From Eledone cirrhosa (lineage: Eukaryota), in contig OZ024741.1 of assembly GCA_964016885.1 (NCBI GenBank), positions 108,066,001 through 108,130,000 on the forward strand: 64,000 nt of DNA, read 5' to 3'. Below the pieces are notes generated by a model that saw only the letters and a program-made list of their open reading frames with translations, was not told where the DNA came from and did no database searches. Positions 13,129-27,845 of this stretch are shown here, in pieces. A program made the translations under genes and the position numbers. Position 1 is the first letter of the stretch. Every line of letters begins with the position of its first letter.

Positions 13129-13227
13129 CTTTGAACCAGTATTAAGCTAGTACGACCCTTATTCAACAGAGTACTATGTATATATATTTATATATATTTA
13201 CATAGATAGATTGAGAGAGAAAGGGTG

Positions 13228-13321
<94 letters not shown>

Positions 13322-13973
13322 TTCCATATACACATAAATGAGCGTGCGTGCACATGCACAAACATATATAATTAAACTAGATGCTATTAAGTTTAGGTCG
13401 AAAATGAAAGAAACTGTTAACGTATGAATCAGATTAAAGAAGTTTTTAATTAAATAAATGTATAATCAAGAATGGCGAAGAAATCATTTGGAGGCTATAA
13501 ATTATGAATTACATTGAGATAGTTTTATTTAATTTTATTATATCATTTTTTATTCATATTTCGTAGCGATATATAAGGCTAAATATCATTTCGTACGTTC
13601 TGCTTTATGCTAAGGCATTGTTTACAGCAAACATGATTAAAAATTATATTAGTATATTATTCTATTTAATGACACGCACTCCTTCCACTTGGTAATTGTT
13701 TGCCATATTTCTACCGTTCAATTATAATAGAGAAAGCATCACCTGGATAGTACGTGTCATCAGTCTCAAGCAAATATTTTTACTCTATATTAGTAGTGGA
13801 AGTTGCTTCTGAAAGTGTATATATATATATATATATCAAAAGTATATATTGAGTTAGAAACTCAAAATAATCTCTTACAATTAAGTAGCCCAAGGATAAA
13901 AAAAAAACGGGGCTTGTAATATAATTCAGTATAATTCAATATGATAAAGAGAGATATACAGATATATATATAT

Positions 13974-14143
<170 letters not shown>

Positions 14144-14791
14144 CCAATCGTAAGGGACCAGATTCGCTAGTGTGAATATGAACAAAACGGTTTGCCAGAC
14201 TCAATTTAAAAGAATAAATTAAGAAAAAGTACAAACAAACCGATATTGTGACAACTATCAATTGTACATCCAGACACCTTTTGGCAATGCTGTTTCGCAA
14301 TTAAATGAAGGGAATTACCAATTCACTTCTAGGTTTCTTAGAAAACTAAATGAGGCGCGTGTTTAAAATAACGCACATGACATTCAGTGCTTAGCGTGTC
14401 TCGTAAAACGTATGCTACTAAAAATAGCAGCCAGGATCACTCGACATTTAAAATAGCTCTACAAATTCAAGGAGCTGAATTTATAAAAAGCATATATTGA
14501 GTTAGAACCTCAAAATAGTCTCTTACAATTAAATAGCTCAAGGAAAAAGAATTTTTCCGGACAGTGTAATATAATTCAATATAATAAAGAGAGATAAACA
14601 CACATATATACATATATGTGTTACAATTTGAACACATATATGTATATAACTGTGTTTATCTCTCTTCATTATATTTAATTATATATGTATATATATATAT
14701 AATTAAATATAATGAAGAGAGATAAACACAGTTATATACATATATGTGTTCAAATCGTAACACATATATGTATATATCTGTGTTTATCTCT

Positions 14792-14831
<40 letters not shown>

Positions 14832-15081
14832 ATGACTAAACACACATGTGCGTTCTCCTTTTTGTAGAAGGTTTTTTTCCCCGTTTTTCCTCTTTTTACT
14901 CTAGTCAATTGTTTTATTATTTCTTCTATCTATCATTCCCACTTCCGATTAACACAACACACACTGACACGCACAGTCACACACACACACGCGCACATAC
15001 ACACAGACACACACATGTATATTAATAGTAATAGGGTTAAGCAGAAATTATGCTTAAAAGTTAATTTGAACTCATAATAAA

Positions 15082-15148
<67 letters not shown>

Positions 15149-15206
15149 ATAATAATAAATTTGAAGGCTAAATTCCAAAGAGGGTAAATTCCAACGGGAT
15201 CTTCTG

Positions 15207-15257
15207 AGTTTCAGAAGATCCCGTTAAGGGTGAAAGCACCGATTCTTTGCTTAAACT
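15207..15257 (+). ncRNA. Solo copy of the U4A HHR family
   Basis: AGTTT-CAGAAGA-TCCC-GTTAA-GGGT-GAAA-GCA..TGC-TT-AAACT; stem II CCC/GGG versus TCC/GGA at 11766; preceded by a short inverted duplication. Confidence 0.7.
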
Positions 15258-15281
15258 TTAATCTGTTATTTTAATAAATGA

Positions 15282-15337
<56 letters not shown>

Positions 15338-15950
15338 GTGTGTATGTTTGTAGGCCAAAAACATACTTATTCAGATTTAGTCTCACGCCAACAAACCAAA
15401 CAACTAATACATGCATTCTTGTACACATACATTCTTTTATAAATGTAAGATCTTAACATTATATTCACATCTACATGTTAATCGCCGCCCACAAATGACC
15501 TCAATATGTACTATATGCTGTAGCTAACACATCATTATCCCAATTGTTTCATTTGTTGAGGCAATCCTCAGTAAGCCGTAGTAGCACGTTTTCTTTTGTC
15601 TGTTTCTTAACAACAGTATCTCGCGTCATTTTAATTTCACATATATTTAATATCATATTGTATTATGCAACTACACACCCGTGCATAGATACCCACATTC
15701 GTATGAGCATGTGTAATTCTTTGTATGTGTGTGTATGTGTGTGCGTGCGCGTGTCTGTTAAGAAGACGATAACGATTACAGCAATAGGTTTTAAATTTCA
15801 TACATCCATGCTCACATGAAATATAGGCATTTCCCAGATTCAACATAAGCTGTATATATTAATTTCTGGCATACACAGACGCACATATTACTGTGATTTC
15901 TTCAAACTTTTAACACACACACACACAAACACGCACACGCACACGTGCAC

Positions 15951-16017
<67 letters not shown>

Positions 16018-17976
16018 TTGGGTTATAGTCCTATTGCCAATCACATAACATGATCCGATTACATTCATTTTGTCTTCAATAATTACATAATAAGCTATGC
16101 TTATCATTTAATAATTAAACTAATTAACTAGTTCCTCAAAGTAGTTGTGTTGCATTTACGAGAATTTATATAACACTTTAAAGAGGAATTTAAATACTTC
16201 AGATTTGTGAACGATTCAGTACAAATTTTTAGTTATAAGGATTTGATCCACGCGTGTCTGTGGTTGAAGATAAATGCTTACGGTATTGCATAGTGAGATC
16301 AGACACTAATATTAGTTACTGAGAAGATATCTTCTTAACCACACAGCCATGAATGTGCTAAGCATTTAGCGATCTACAGATGTTTTCTATATAATGGTGT
16401 AGTTGACAAGTACGTGCATTTCTATTACAGATAACACAGAAGTTTACTAGATTTCCTTCCTGAAGAAATAATCCCACAATATATGGCAAAAGACAACACA
16501 GACATGTGAATTATAAAACTGTCAAAGACTAGATTCCAGAGATTTCAAAAGGTAAATTAAATGTACAAAAAAATATTTAAGGAATTAGCAGTAGGCTCAC
16601 AAATAGTCGACATGTTTCAGGGAAGCTTTGTAAAAAATGCCATTAATGATATAAGATTTTATGAGCAAGAAACAGTGACTTCGTAATTGAAAATACCGAT
16701 ATAATTATGTTATCTCCCCATACTGACAAGTATATGTGTGTATGTGTGTATGTATGTATGTAAACTATATATGTGTGTGTGTGTGTGTGTGTGTGAGTAT
16801 GTGTGTTTATATATGTATACGTTTACATGTATATGTATGTACGCATGAATGTGTATATATATATATATAATGTATATATATAAATACCAGACTGCACACA
16901 ATGAGTTGGTTAGTAGCAAAAAATGTTATGTGGGACCGATATATATATATATATGAAGTTCTATATATACAATCGAAACTTTGAAAATGTAGGAACACCA
17001 AACGCAGAAAATAACCGTAACCATAGTCTATTGCAAAAAACAAAAAGCATAGCTTAGAAAATCGAATGAAAATATCCTATGGATAGAAAAAACTTGCTAG
17101 CAGCCGCTACGAAGAATCAAACTCTATACCTCTTTAATACACATTGTCTTCTAACCTGGGCTTGCCAACCTTTTATATAAAGGGCGAACCTGCCTATTTC
17201 TGTTCATTACATGAACCGTTTTAGGAACGGTAGGCCTTCGGACGCGTTACGTCTATTACCATTTGAGGGAGAGACGTCACCTGATAGTTGTTGTCCGTAA
17301 TGAAGAGGGAAACCATATGTCAATGTCTGCTTTACTATTAGACCGATTCTTTCTAAGATCAATCACCCTTAGCATCTCTGAGGTTGTCTCTTCCCAGACT
17401 GCCACTGTCGTCCGTCAAACTGAGAAAAACTTGGGCTTGATGAGGAAACCTCGAGAGGCAGCGTCTGTTGCAGTAGATAATACTGGTTGTTCTTTGTAGG
17501 ATTTTTTTTTGTTTTCGTTAGCCAATCCATGGTGAATAGTTGATACAAGTTATTTGACAGAAAATTTAAAAATTGTATATATTTTTGACTGCTATGTGTA
17601 AATACGAATCTGAATATTTAAATTGTAAGATATTCTATGTACTGCAATCAATTTCATATAACTCTTTTATCTATGGTAATATGAGACACACATACGCAAA
17701 ACTCTTACTCACGTAACAATATAGGCAGAATGGTATAAAAACGTAGCCATGTTTTAAATATGCTGCATAACATTATAAGTAGTATAATAAGATACACAAA
17801 GATAAGAACACATTCTTAAAGTTAGAAATTCTGATAATATGGTCATATGAGATTAAAACGTCAATAAAATGAGGTTGGGAAAACCTATCCTAGATGGAAT
17901 CAATAAAACGAAAAAGAAAAACGAAATACAAAAGACTGCAGATGCACATTTGGTAAAACAACTTAACGTATTGTAA

Positions 17977-18009
<33 letters not shown>

Positions 18010-18017
<8 letters not shown>

Positions 18018-18900
18018 GTAAATATGTATGTATACGTACATACATATATGTATACAGACGTACAGTAGCATGCATATATATATATACATATACATACAGG
18101 TACACATATATATATGTACGTATCAGTTTAGCGAACGTTTATTATAACGCCCGCTTTGTCCGTTTGTAAACAAGCGAACAGCCTGATTTATGCCATACGG
18201 TGTTAAGGCAACCACGTCACCTTTTTGTTCAACACTGACACAGGAACGATGTACTAGTTTCAAGCTTGTTAGCTATCATCAGCACCGTATACCCTTCTGC
18301 CAGATAGTTGAACGATAGTTGAAGGATAGCTGTACGTCTGTATACATATATGTATGTACGTATACATACATACTTACATTTAAGTAAGTGCCATACTAAG
18401 AGTGAGAAATGAAATTTCGTTTCATTATATTACAACTTATCTTTTTCGGGACGCCTGGCCGACTGAACTCACTCGATATGCAAATTAGGCTGCACAGCCG
18501 TTAATTTTCATAAGGAAAGTATATACTTTCGAACGTTCAACTATCTGGCAGAAGGGTATACGGTGCTGATGGTAGCTAACAAGCTTGAAACTAGTACATC
18601 GTTCCTGTGTCAGTGTTGAACAAAAAGGTGACGTGGTTGCCTTAACACCGTATGGCATAAATCAGGCTGTTCACTTGTTTACAAACGGACAAAGCGGGCG
18701 TTATAATAAACGTTCGCTAAACTGATACGTACATATATATATGTGTACCTGTATGTATATGTGTATATGTATACATATATATGCATGCTACTGTACGTCT
18801 GTATACATATATGTATGTACGTATACATACATACTTACATTTAAGTAAGTGCCGTGTTAAGAGTGAGAAATGAAATTTCGTTTCATTATATTACAACTTA
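18010..18900. repeat. Inverted-duplicated pLTR-like insertion in (TA)n
   Basis: 18010-18315 is the reverse complement of ~18530-18845; extra short copy at 18325-18440. Confidence 0.85.
18247..18287 (-). ncRNA. Minimal HHR with intact core; mirror copy 18561-18601 (+) has CTGATGG
   Basis: CGGTG-CTGATGA-TAGC-TAACAA-GCTT-GAAA-CTAG-TA-CATCG; palindromic ACTAGT stem III. Confidence 0.8.
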
Positions 18901-19051
18901 TATATATATATATATATATCTTTAGGTTTGTTGGTTCACCACTGGATAGAACTGGTCATTCCGTATGGTCAATCCTGGTCCGAATCCTCTTTGTCTCTGT
19001 CTCTGATTTTTCGGACCCATGGATTTTTACATATTCCTTTGTTATATTCCA

Positions 19052-19109
19052 ATACCTGATGATATCACCGGATTCATATGGAGCCCGGTCATTGAAATGA
19101 TCATAGTAT
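19052..19109 (+). ncRNA. Type I HHR
   Basis: ATAC-CTGATGA-TATC-ACCGG...CCGGT-CATT-GAAA-TGATCA-TA-GTAT; palindromic ATGATCAT. Confidence 0.75.
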
Positions 19110-19157
19110 AATAAACCTTTCAAGGATTTACACCAGTCCAGCCTCCTGTTATTTTAT

Positions 19158-19231
<74 letters not shown>

Positions 19232-19619
19232 TATGAAAGCTCGCATCTGTGTAAATATGAGTATTTGATTGTGTATATTAACACTCTCTTACCACATGAT
19301 ATGCTTCTATACACATACAACCAGGCATTATCACACACACACACACACACGCACACACAAACACACAAACACGCACACACACACACACATACATCGATAT
19401 ATATATATATCCGTATGTGGTTGAGGGCTCAGAGTAAAGAGCACATACTAACGAAGTACACTGTAAATATGAATTTTATTAAAGCTAAATTGTTACATTG
19501 GAGAATCACCTGTTTATCATACCTGATGACCTTGTGAAAAAAAAGGTAAAACTCCAAAATAAAAAGACTCGATATTTAGCCTTAATAAAATGAATATATA
19601 TATATATAAATATATATAT

Positions 19620-20485
19620 CGGCTGGCTTCTTCCTCACACTTCCACTCACTCACTCTCTGCTTCTCCCCCTTTCTCACTTCCTCCCGTTGGACATGTTTG
19701 AAATCCTTTTCTCGCTCACATCTAACCCATGTCGGATGGTCTGTATCTCTCGTCCATCAGTTCACCAAGCTTAAGCTTATAGATATCATGTACTTGTCTC
19801 TTCCTATCTTTCCGTTGCCATACCATCTTTGTTTGTTTACATGTCTCGCTCGCTTCACTCTATTTTACTTGTCCCAATAACTTTATTTGGTTATTGCTCG
19901 CACCAACCAGAGGTATATGATTTTTAAAGCGATGAAATACCAATGAAGGTTGGAAGATCACTGATGAAGGAATATTTTTATTCATATGTAACCCATGTGC
20001 AACCACGCAGCACTCCATTTTTTCTTATATTTATATTTTTTCCTCAGCTGCCATTCTCTGTTTCTTTCTTACTGCTTCCCCTCTCTCTGTATCTCTCACC
20101 TTCTTTTTAACCCCTCTGCCAGTCACACTTTCTCTCGGCTGGCCTCTTCCTCACACTTCCACTCATTCACTCTCTGCTTCTCCCCCTCTCTCACTTCCTC
20201 CCGTTTGACCTGTGTGAAATCCTTTTCTCGCTCATATCTCACGCATGTCGGATGGTCTGTATCTCTCGTCCATGAATTCACCAAGCTTAAGCTTATAGAT
20301 ATCATGTACTTGTCTCTTCCTATCTTTCCGTTGCAATACCATCTTTGTTTGTTTACATGTCTCGCTCGCTTCACGCTATTTTACTTGTCCCAATAACTTT
20401 ATTTGGTTATTGCTCGCACCAACCAGAGGTATATGATATTTAAAGCGATGACATATCAATGAGGTTGGAAGATCACTGATGAATG
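19620..20485. repeat. Tandem duplication (~516-bp period) related to the 1-1475 family
   Basis: CGGCTGGC(T/C)TCTTCCTCAC at 19620 and 20136; shares CGCACCAACC..AAAGCGATGA..GGTTGGA..TCACTGATGAA with 1-1475. Confidence 0.85.
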
Positions 20486-20495
20486 ACTAATTTTC

Positions 20496-20655
<160 letters not shown>

Positions 20656-20779
20656 GTGTGTGTGCGTGTGTGTTGTGGTAATAATAAATGTGTAGACTAA
20701 AATCTGAAGACGGCTTGATATGGATTATATATAAAAATATATACATAAAAAACGGTAGAGCAAATATTTATTATATGTA

Positions 20780-20895
20780 CAGATTAAATTTCAAGCAAAG
20801 AATCGCTGCTTTCACCCTTTTTCGGAATCTTTTGAAGAAGTTTCAGAAGATCCCGTAAAATGGTGAGAGCAGCGATTTTTGTTTGAACTTTAACC
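20780..20895. repeat. Fold-back pair of decayed U4A-family HHR copies
   Basis: 20839 AGTTT-CAGAAGA-TCCCG.. (GAGA instead of GAAA) and inverted copy 20786-20833. Confidence 0.6.
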
Positions 20896-20914
20896 TACAC
20901 ATTATATATAGATA

Positions 20915-20963
<49 letters not shown>

Positions 20964-21229
20964 AGGAAAAATGAAACGAAATTTCATTTCCCACTCTTAG
21001 TACGGCTGTTACTTAAATGTAAGTATGTATGTACACGTACATACATATATGTATACAGACGTACAGTAGTATGTATATGTATATACATACATGCACACAT
21101 ATATATATGTACGTATGGATTCACCGGACATTTATTATAATGCTCGGTGTGTTTGTAAACAAACATCCCGTATTAAGCCGTAGTGTCCAGCAACCATCGT
21201 TGCTCGTTTGTTCAACACTGACAAAGGAA

Positions 21230-21270
21230 CGCTGTACTAGTTTCAAGCTTATTAGCTATCATCAGCAACG
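21230..21270 (-). ncRNA. Minimal HHR
   Basis: CGTTG-CTGATGA-TAGC-TAATAA-GCTT-GAAA-CTAG-TA-CAGCG. Confidence 0.8.
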
Positions 21271-21755
21271 TATACCTTCCTGCCAGATTGTTGAACGTAT
21301 ATACTTACCTTATGCATATTAACGGCTGAGTAGCCCAATTTGTATATCGAGTGGGTTAATCGGCCAGGTGCACCGAATACGATAAACAGGAAAAATGAAA
21401 CGAAATTTCATTTCCCACTCTTAGTACGGCTGTACGGATGTTTGTTTACAAACACACCGAGCATTATAATAAATGTTCGGTGAATCCATACGTACATATA
21501 TATATATGTGTGCATGTATGTATATACATTTACATACTACTGTACGTCTGTATACATATATGTATGTACGTGTACATACTTATATTTAAGTAACAGCCGT
21601 ACTAAGAGTGGGAAATGAAATTTCGTTTCATTTTTCCTGTTTATCGTATTCGGTGCACCCGGCCGATTAACCCACTCGATATGCAAATTGGGCTACTCAG
21701 CCGTTAATATGCATATGGTAAGTATATACGTTCAACAATCTGGCAGGAAGGTATA

Positions 21756-21796
21756 CGTTGCTGATGATAGTTAATAAGCTTGAAACTAGTACAGCG
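21756..21796 (+). ncRNA. Minimal HHR (mirror copy)
   Basis: CGTTG-CTGATGA-TAGT-TAATAA-GCTT-GAAA-CTAG-TA-CAGCG. Confidence 0.75.
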
Positions 21797-22024
21797 TTCC
21801 TTTGTCAGTGTTGAACAAACGAGCAACGATGGTTGCTGGACACTACGGCTTAATACGGGATGTTTGTTTACAAACACACCGAGCATTATAATAAATTTTC
21901 GGTGAATCCATACGTACATATATATATGTGTGCATGTATGTATATACATATACATACTACTGTACGTCTGTATAAATATATGTATGTACGTGTACATACT
22001 TATATATATATATATATATATATA

Positions 22025-22976
22025 TTTGTCACCAAAACTATGTCGTCGGCAAATTCAGCATCCGATACCTTTTTCGCCCTAACTCTCCTGCTCTGAGCCG
22101 GTGCTACAGTAAAGCCAGAGTCCTGGTGTTTCTCCAGTGCAAGGCGCATACAATAGTCCACTACGATGATAAAAAGGTAGGGAGCCAATGTATCTCCCTG
22201 GAGCACTCCAGCCAGTATCTCAAAGAACTCTGTCATCCCATCAGGTGTAATGACTTGGGCTTTGGTGTTGGTGTAGAGCAGTGATATCAGGTCCACTATC
22301 CTCTTGGGGATTCCATAAGCCCGTAAGATCTTCATCAGGCAGTGACGGTCCACAGAATCAAAGGCCTTCCTAAAGTCAATGAAAACCATGACCGCAGGAA
22401 GGCACTTTGCTCTAGCTCCCTCTAATATCCTCCTCAGCATCAGGATGTGACTGGTGGTTGATCTAACCTCTCTGAAGCCGTTCTGGTTGTCCCTGAGCTT
22501 CTTCTCCATCTCAGGATGGATCCTGTTAAGAATCATCCTGTTGAGGGTCTTTGCCACAAGTGACGTCAGTGAGATCCCCCGGTCTGAGACTTGGACACTG
22601 ACCAAGAAACTCACTCAGATGGTGGATGGGTGGTACACGAGAATGCTGAGGATGGCACTGAACATTAATCAGTATACACTGAGGATGAAAAACTCAGAGC
22701 TGTATGGGAGCATCCCAAAAGTCAGCTCAAAAGTGACACAGAGGAGACTGGGGTTGGCTGGAAATGCTCACCGACATCCAGAGTTGACATTGCACTCAGT
22801 GCTCCTTTGGGAGCCCCTACATGGACACACTAGAAGAGGAAGACCAAGGTTAACATATGTTGATGCCCTAAGGACAGACACTGGTCTGTTGGAGATGCAG
22901 GATATGGCAGCGATAATGAGGGACAGAGACCGCTGGGAAGAACTCGTCCATGGATCTCGGGAATTTTACCCGCCTT

Positions 22977-22978
<2 letters not shown>
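22025..22978 (+). mobile_element. RTE LINE 3' fragment with 5' inversion
   Basis: 22025-22583 (-): RGISL..QNGFR..FIDFRKAFDSV..GVLQGDTLAP..FADD; 22583-22978 (+): SETWTLTK..RGRPRLTYVD; (TA)n on both sides. Confidence 0.9.
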
Positions 22979-23012
<34 letters not shown>

Positions 23013-23054
23013 CAATGATATTAAATGGAAACTATATTTATAAAACCATATTTA

Positions 23055-23111
23055 TTCTATTATATATATTTCAAGGGTATCAAAACTTTGGTACGCTCTC
23101 ATCAGATAAAA
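23055..23111 (-). ncRNA. Type I HHR
   Basis: Minus strand: TTTTAT-CTGATGA-GAGCGTACCAAAG-TTTTGATACCCTT-GAAA-TATATA-TA-ATAGAA. Confidence 0.65.
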
Positions 23112-24005
23112 TACAAACTTTGTTTTAGAAATATTGGCATATCAAGGAAGGAGATCTTAAAGATTCAAGTTTTTCCTGGATATATATATATATGAGGTAA
23201 ATTTTATAAGTTGATTATACAACAGTAATGCATTCAGATATTTAAAGCTCAAATGTGTTCTTTTGCAATATCCAGATTAATGAAAGGTAGTGCAGAGTTA
23301 AATCCAGTTGACGTACGTACGGTCATCGTAGATTTATAATGACAGAACATAGAAAATATATAAACGCAAGAAAGAGATTACCAAGTTAATACATTATTTA
23401 TTTGATTTACACGTTTCATTCTCCAGAGCATATTATTTTCAATACCTTTTTAGAGAAATAATCAGAATCAATTATATATAACATATAAAATCTATTTATT
23501 TACCGACCAATCTGCCTGCGCCGCATCTTGGTTGAAGAAGCGAAATATAAACAATGTTTATTCTCTAAGTTTATGGAAGGTTGGAATTGCCGGGATTATT
23601 TAATAGTACTCTTCTCAATAGTTATTCTGTCAGGGATGTTTAGCACTTAATTCTCTGACATTATGAATGAAGTTATAAAAGAATTTAACCTCATTAAACA
23701 GTTTCATATGTGTTTATGTGATACAAATCTACGGAAGCAAGTGTTGATTAAAATTATCTAGGTGTTATTAGCGTTTAATTCAGGTTACCTATATATATCA
23801 GATTGGTTTACTAAGTACACATAGCCTAAAATAACCCATAGCTGTACATTTAACACAATTATACACTTGTACGAACCCACATACACATACAGATACCATC
23901 ATGCATAATTTTCACTAACACACAAATATATACATAGACATATATATAATATACCCATACTCACACATACACAAGTGCCACTTGTCCTTGAGTGAACCCG
24001 GTGCT

Positions 24006-24270
<265 letters not shown>

Positions 24271-24589
24271 CAATGTGTAATAGTAATATACTTGAACGGC
24301 AAAGCATCGAGGAGCTGAGAGATAAACTGAATAAAAGAGGGATCAAATGCAGTATACAGGATATGCAGAGCGCTTAAAGTTGATAGAAGGTATGGAGTAG
24401 GAAGACTTAGGAAGACTTGACATAATGTGATTAAAATTGGCCTTGCTCAATTGCAACTCTCAAAGGCGATGTCATAGGGCCAAAATCTCTTGAATTGTGC
24501 TGTAACACAGAGGTCCCGCCTAGTCGTGTAGGTGTCAGGAAAAAGGTACCCAGTCCACACTATATATTGCTCGTGTTGGTGACATGACC

Positions 24590-24770
24590 AAAAGCGCTCA
24601 GTCCACAGTCCTAATGCAGTTGGCGTTAGGAAGGGCATCCAGATGTGGAACCCAGGCCCAAATCAGTTTTGTATGAGCAATGGTCATCTGAATTGACTTG
24701 CCTCTCAACGGGAAAACCCGTCTAACCCATGCTAGTGTGGAAACTGGACGTTAAACGGAGAGGATAATAT
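24590..24770 (+). mobile_element. SINE 3' portion
   Basis: GTTGGCGTTAGGAAGGGCATCCAG...CCGTCTAACCCATGC..GGACGTTAAA; related inverse copy at ~48590-48790. Confidence 0.55.
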
Positions 24771-24775
24771 TGATA

Positions 24776-24824
<49 letters not shown>

Positions 24825-24871
24825 AATATAAAACGCGAAAATCAGTGATGCATCTGGACTCAATTTATTGT

Positions 24872-24959
24872 GTGTTACAATTGTTTCGCCGGCAGACAGC
24901 TCGAGACACGATCATTGTATGGATCTCTCTGATTCTGGAACTGCAGGTTCGTCGGACAC
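24872..24959 (-). ncRNA. HHR with U4C core (CCGACGA)
   Basis: Minus strand: GTGT-CCGACGA-ACCTGCAG...CTGCCGGC-GAAA-CAATTG-TA-ACAC. Confidence 0.6.
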
Positions 24960-25068
24960 TTCCAATAATTTCGGAACAAATATTCTCACTCTGCTCTGCT
25001 CTCTAAGAACATAGAGTGCTTAACTGGCATACCGTCTGTGGAAGCATCATAGCTACCATTAAACACAC

Positions 25069-25127
<59 letters not shown>

Positions 25128-25199
25128 TGTATACTGAATCTATTCTTCTATTCTTAGAACCGTTGAGCGAGTCACACATTTTTAGTATTAAGTTATGCT

Positions 25200-25735
25200 A
25201 CGTATCACGAATTGGAGGAGCTGGTACAGTAACGCGCCAGCTTCAGCATTCAGTAATCAGAAGAAGAGAGGTAGGCATAAAAGCCAAACTCACCATATTC
25301 AATTCGGTTTTCGTACCAACCGTTACCTATGGTAATGCTTCTTGGTTAATGACCGAAATAATACGATCATGAAACAAGCAGTTCCTCCTAAGTGTCTTTG
25401 TAGTAATGTTACTTGACAGGTTGTGTAGCTTGGAGATAAGAGAGTCGCTCAAGATAGAGCCTCTACTCTACGAATTGAGAAATCACAGTTCCGATACTAT
25501 GGGACTGTGGTTAGAATGCCTAAGGATGAATCGTTGGACTGATAATACGTTCAAAAGCAACCGGAAGTAGACCTGGGGGTAGACGCCGAGCAAGATGGTT
25601 AGATAACATCCATGGGCTTGGTTGGGGATCCAACCGGACCAGTTGGTGACGATTGCTTCTGACAGGACACGTTGGAAGGATTGTTCAAGGACTCTTCCCC
25701 ACGACCCTCTCAGGAATAAATGAGAGAAGAAGACA
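25200..25735 (+). mobile_element. RTE (Expander/Rex3-like) LINE 3' fragment
   Basis: RIGGAG..KAKLTIFNSVFVPTVTYG..W; downstream frameshifted RIEKSQFRYYG..RMP..RPGGRRRARWLDNI. Confidence 0.8.
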
Positions 25736-25959
25736 ATAGAATTAACGCCCCTATTTTGATTTTAAAATAGTTGAAGTTAGGCTTATCAGTCCATGTAGTC
25801 AGAAAAAAGTGGACAGCGTCAGCCGTGCGTCTCGATCTCAGACATGTCAGTATACGGCATTTGTAAGTACTGGTGTATTGATAGCGTTGTCTGATTGTTG
25901 TTGTATCTACTTTTGGTGTGGTTTTTTTATTTTGTTGACGACGATAGTCTTCTTTCTAT

Positions 25960-27040
25960 GCTTATTGTTGCTGCTGTGGTAGTGGTGATGGTGGTAATGT
26001 TAATGGTGATAGTGGTAGTGGTAGTGTTAGTGGAGGTGTTGGTAGTGGTAGTGGAGGTTTTGATGGTTGTAGTGGAGGTGTTGGTGGTGGTAGTGGAGGT
26101 GTTGCTGGTTGTATTTTATGCCATCAGGTTTCTTGTCATTATTGCTGTTTTTCTTGTTATTTCTGTTTCTGTTCTTACTGCTGATTTTCGTTGTTGTTGT
26201 TGTTGTTGCTGCCGCCGCCGCCGCCACAGTCGTTGCTGCCGCCGCCACCGCCGTCGTTGTTGTTATTGGCGTTTTCGTCGATGCTGCTACAGATGTATTT
26301 CATGTCAACTTGCAGTTGGCATTGTTGCTGCTTTCGTTGTTGTTATTGCCGTTTCTTTTCTTACTGCTGCGCATTTTGTTGCTGTTGTTATTGTCACCGT
26401 CGCTACGGCCACCAATGTTTTTATTATCAAATGACCCTCCGCCCCTTTAATAGACCACTACTACCACCAGTTGAATTGAACAATGCAGTGACGTCATACA
26501 GTTATTGTTGTCCCCCCTTGAAATTGTTATTGTTGCCGTTGAATTATCACATGACCCCAGCAGACAAATCAGTTCAATCTGTCTAGTATCGATTAGGTTT
26601 ATTTGCGCAGTCCATTTACACAGAGAGATTTCGTTGTCACATGGAAAACAAAATAGATAAATAAATAAATAAACAAATAAAATAAAAATGTAATGGAAAG
26701 AAAAGTAACATGAAGGAAACTAAACAACCAGATTTCATCATCTTTGACATCATCTTCATTATCATCAACTTTGTCATCATCATCATCCCCATCAATACCA
26801 TCACCTTAATTATCATCATTGCTACCATCATCTCAAATATCATCATCGTTATCATCGTCATGTTTCGTCTGATCCTTATAATCATCATCGTTATCGTCGA
26901 CGTCATAATCAACATTATCATCTTCATCATTATTGTCAACACCATTATCACCCCCGCCACCATCACCATGCCACTGCCAGCACTATCATCAGTACCAGTA
27001 CCACCTCCAACAACACCACCCGAGCCACGATTATTACCAC
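25960..27040. repeat. Degenerate trinucleotide low-complexity tracts (GTG/TTG/GCC; CAT)
   Basis: Direct inspection; yields spurious poly-V/C/I ORFs. Confidence 0.8.
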
Positions 27041-27277
27041 TACACTGAGTAAATCTCAAAACACGTGATCTGGCCTACACTGAGTGAAACTAAACACAGA
27101 CGATCTGAACTATATTGATTGAAAACACAGGTCATCATAACTATTCTGAGTGAGAGTCAATATTAATGACCTGTTCTAAACTGAGTAAGACTCAATACAG
27201 GTGTTTCAGACTATACTCAGTAACACTCAGCACAAGCGATCTGAACTAAACTGAATGGGAGTCAACACTGATCTGGA
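27040..27277. repeat. ~35-bp minisatellite, about 7 degenerate copies
   Basis: Units such as CTACACTGAGTAAATCTCAAAACACGTGATCTGGC and CTACACTGAGTGAAACTAAACACAGACGATCTGAA. Confidence 0.8.
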
Positions 27278-27845
27278 CTTCAATGTATCTACATTAATCC
27301 CAGCATGTTCGTTATAGTGATCCCTCCATTACACGTCTCATTGTGTTTGCTCTAGAGAGATTAACTATGCAACAATTTATTTTCGGCTATTGTCCCAAAT
27401 AAATAGACTTTATATAATTATTTAATATACGTAATTAGCATTCGTTGATATATTATATTGTGGTGAGTATAATATATATATATATAATAAATACAATTAG
27501 AGGATATTATTTACCGTGTTAATATATATAAATTAATTCATTAGTATAATTTATATTAAGTTAATTAATGTTTATAGAACTAATTAATTCATATACTCCA
27601 TGGAATATTTCATAAGTCTTTGGGTACACCAATTATCAAAGCTACACAACCAGATTTTATTTATCACTAAACAGTATGGATGAGAGTGAATGCATGCGTT
27701 TAACAATAGTATAAATAGTTAGGTTCGAGTAATGTTTAAATCTTTAGATGTGGGACTTTTGTGTTTCTTTCAGTTTTATAGCCATTAGTTTATTTTAGAA
27801 AGATGATCGTTATAATTTATTCTACAAAAAGAATTAATTAATTAA

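Larger units (their letters stand above)
20960..22000. repeat. Complex inverted duplication of a pLTR-like sequence (same family as 18010-18900)
   Basis: 21029-21322 and 21704-21997 give near-identical mirror ORFs; additional partial copies at 21385-21640. Confidence 0.9.

Noticed and set aside
13731-13768. Further HHR-like remnants (here, 15535-15574, 19523-19555, 23403-23446)
   Set aside because: Missing GAAA, the UH triplet or stem I; too decayed to call
23500-23810. Possible very old PLE coding remnants on the minus strand (also 38210-38520)
   Set aside because: Only scattered motif-like residues; cannot be supported without a profile search
27040-27277. 35-bp repeats as a CRISPR array
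   Set aside because: Contiguous degenerate units without unique spacers, no cas genes, eukaryotic context
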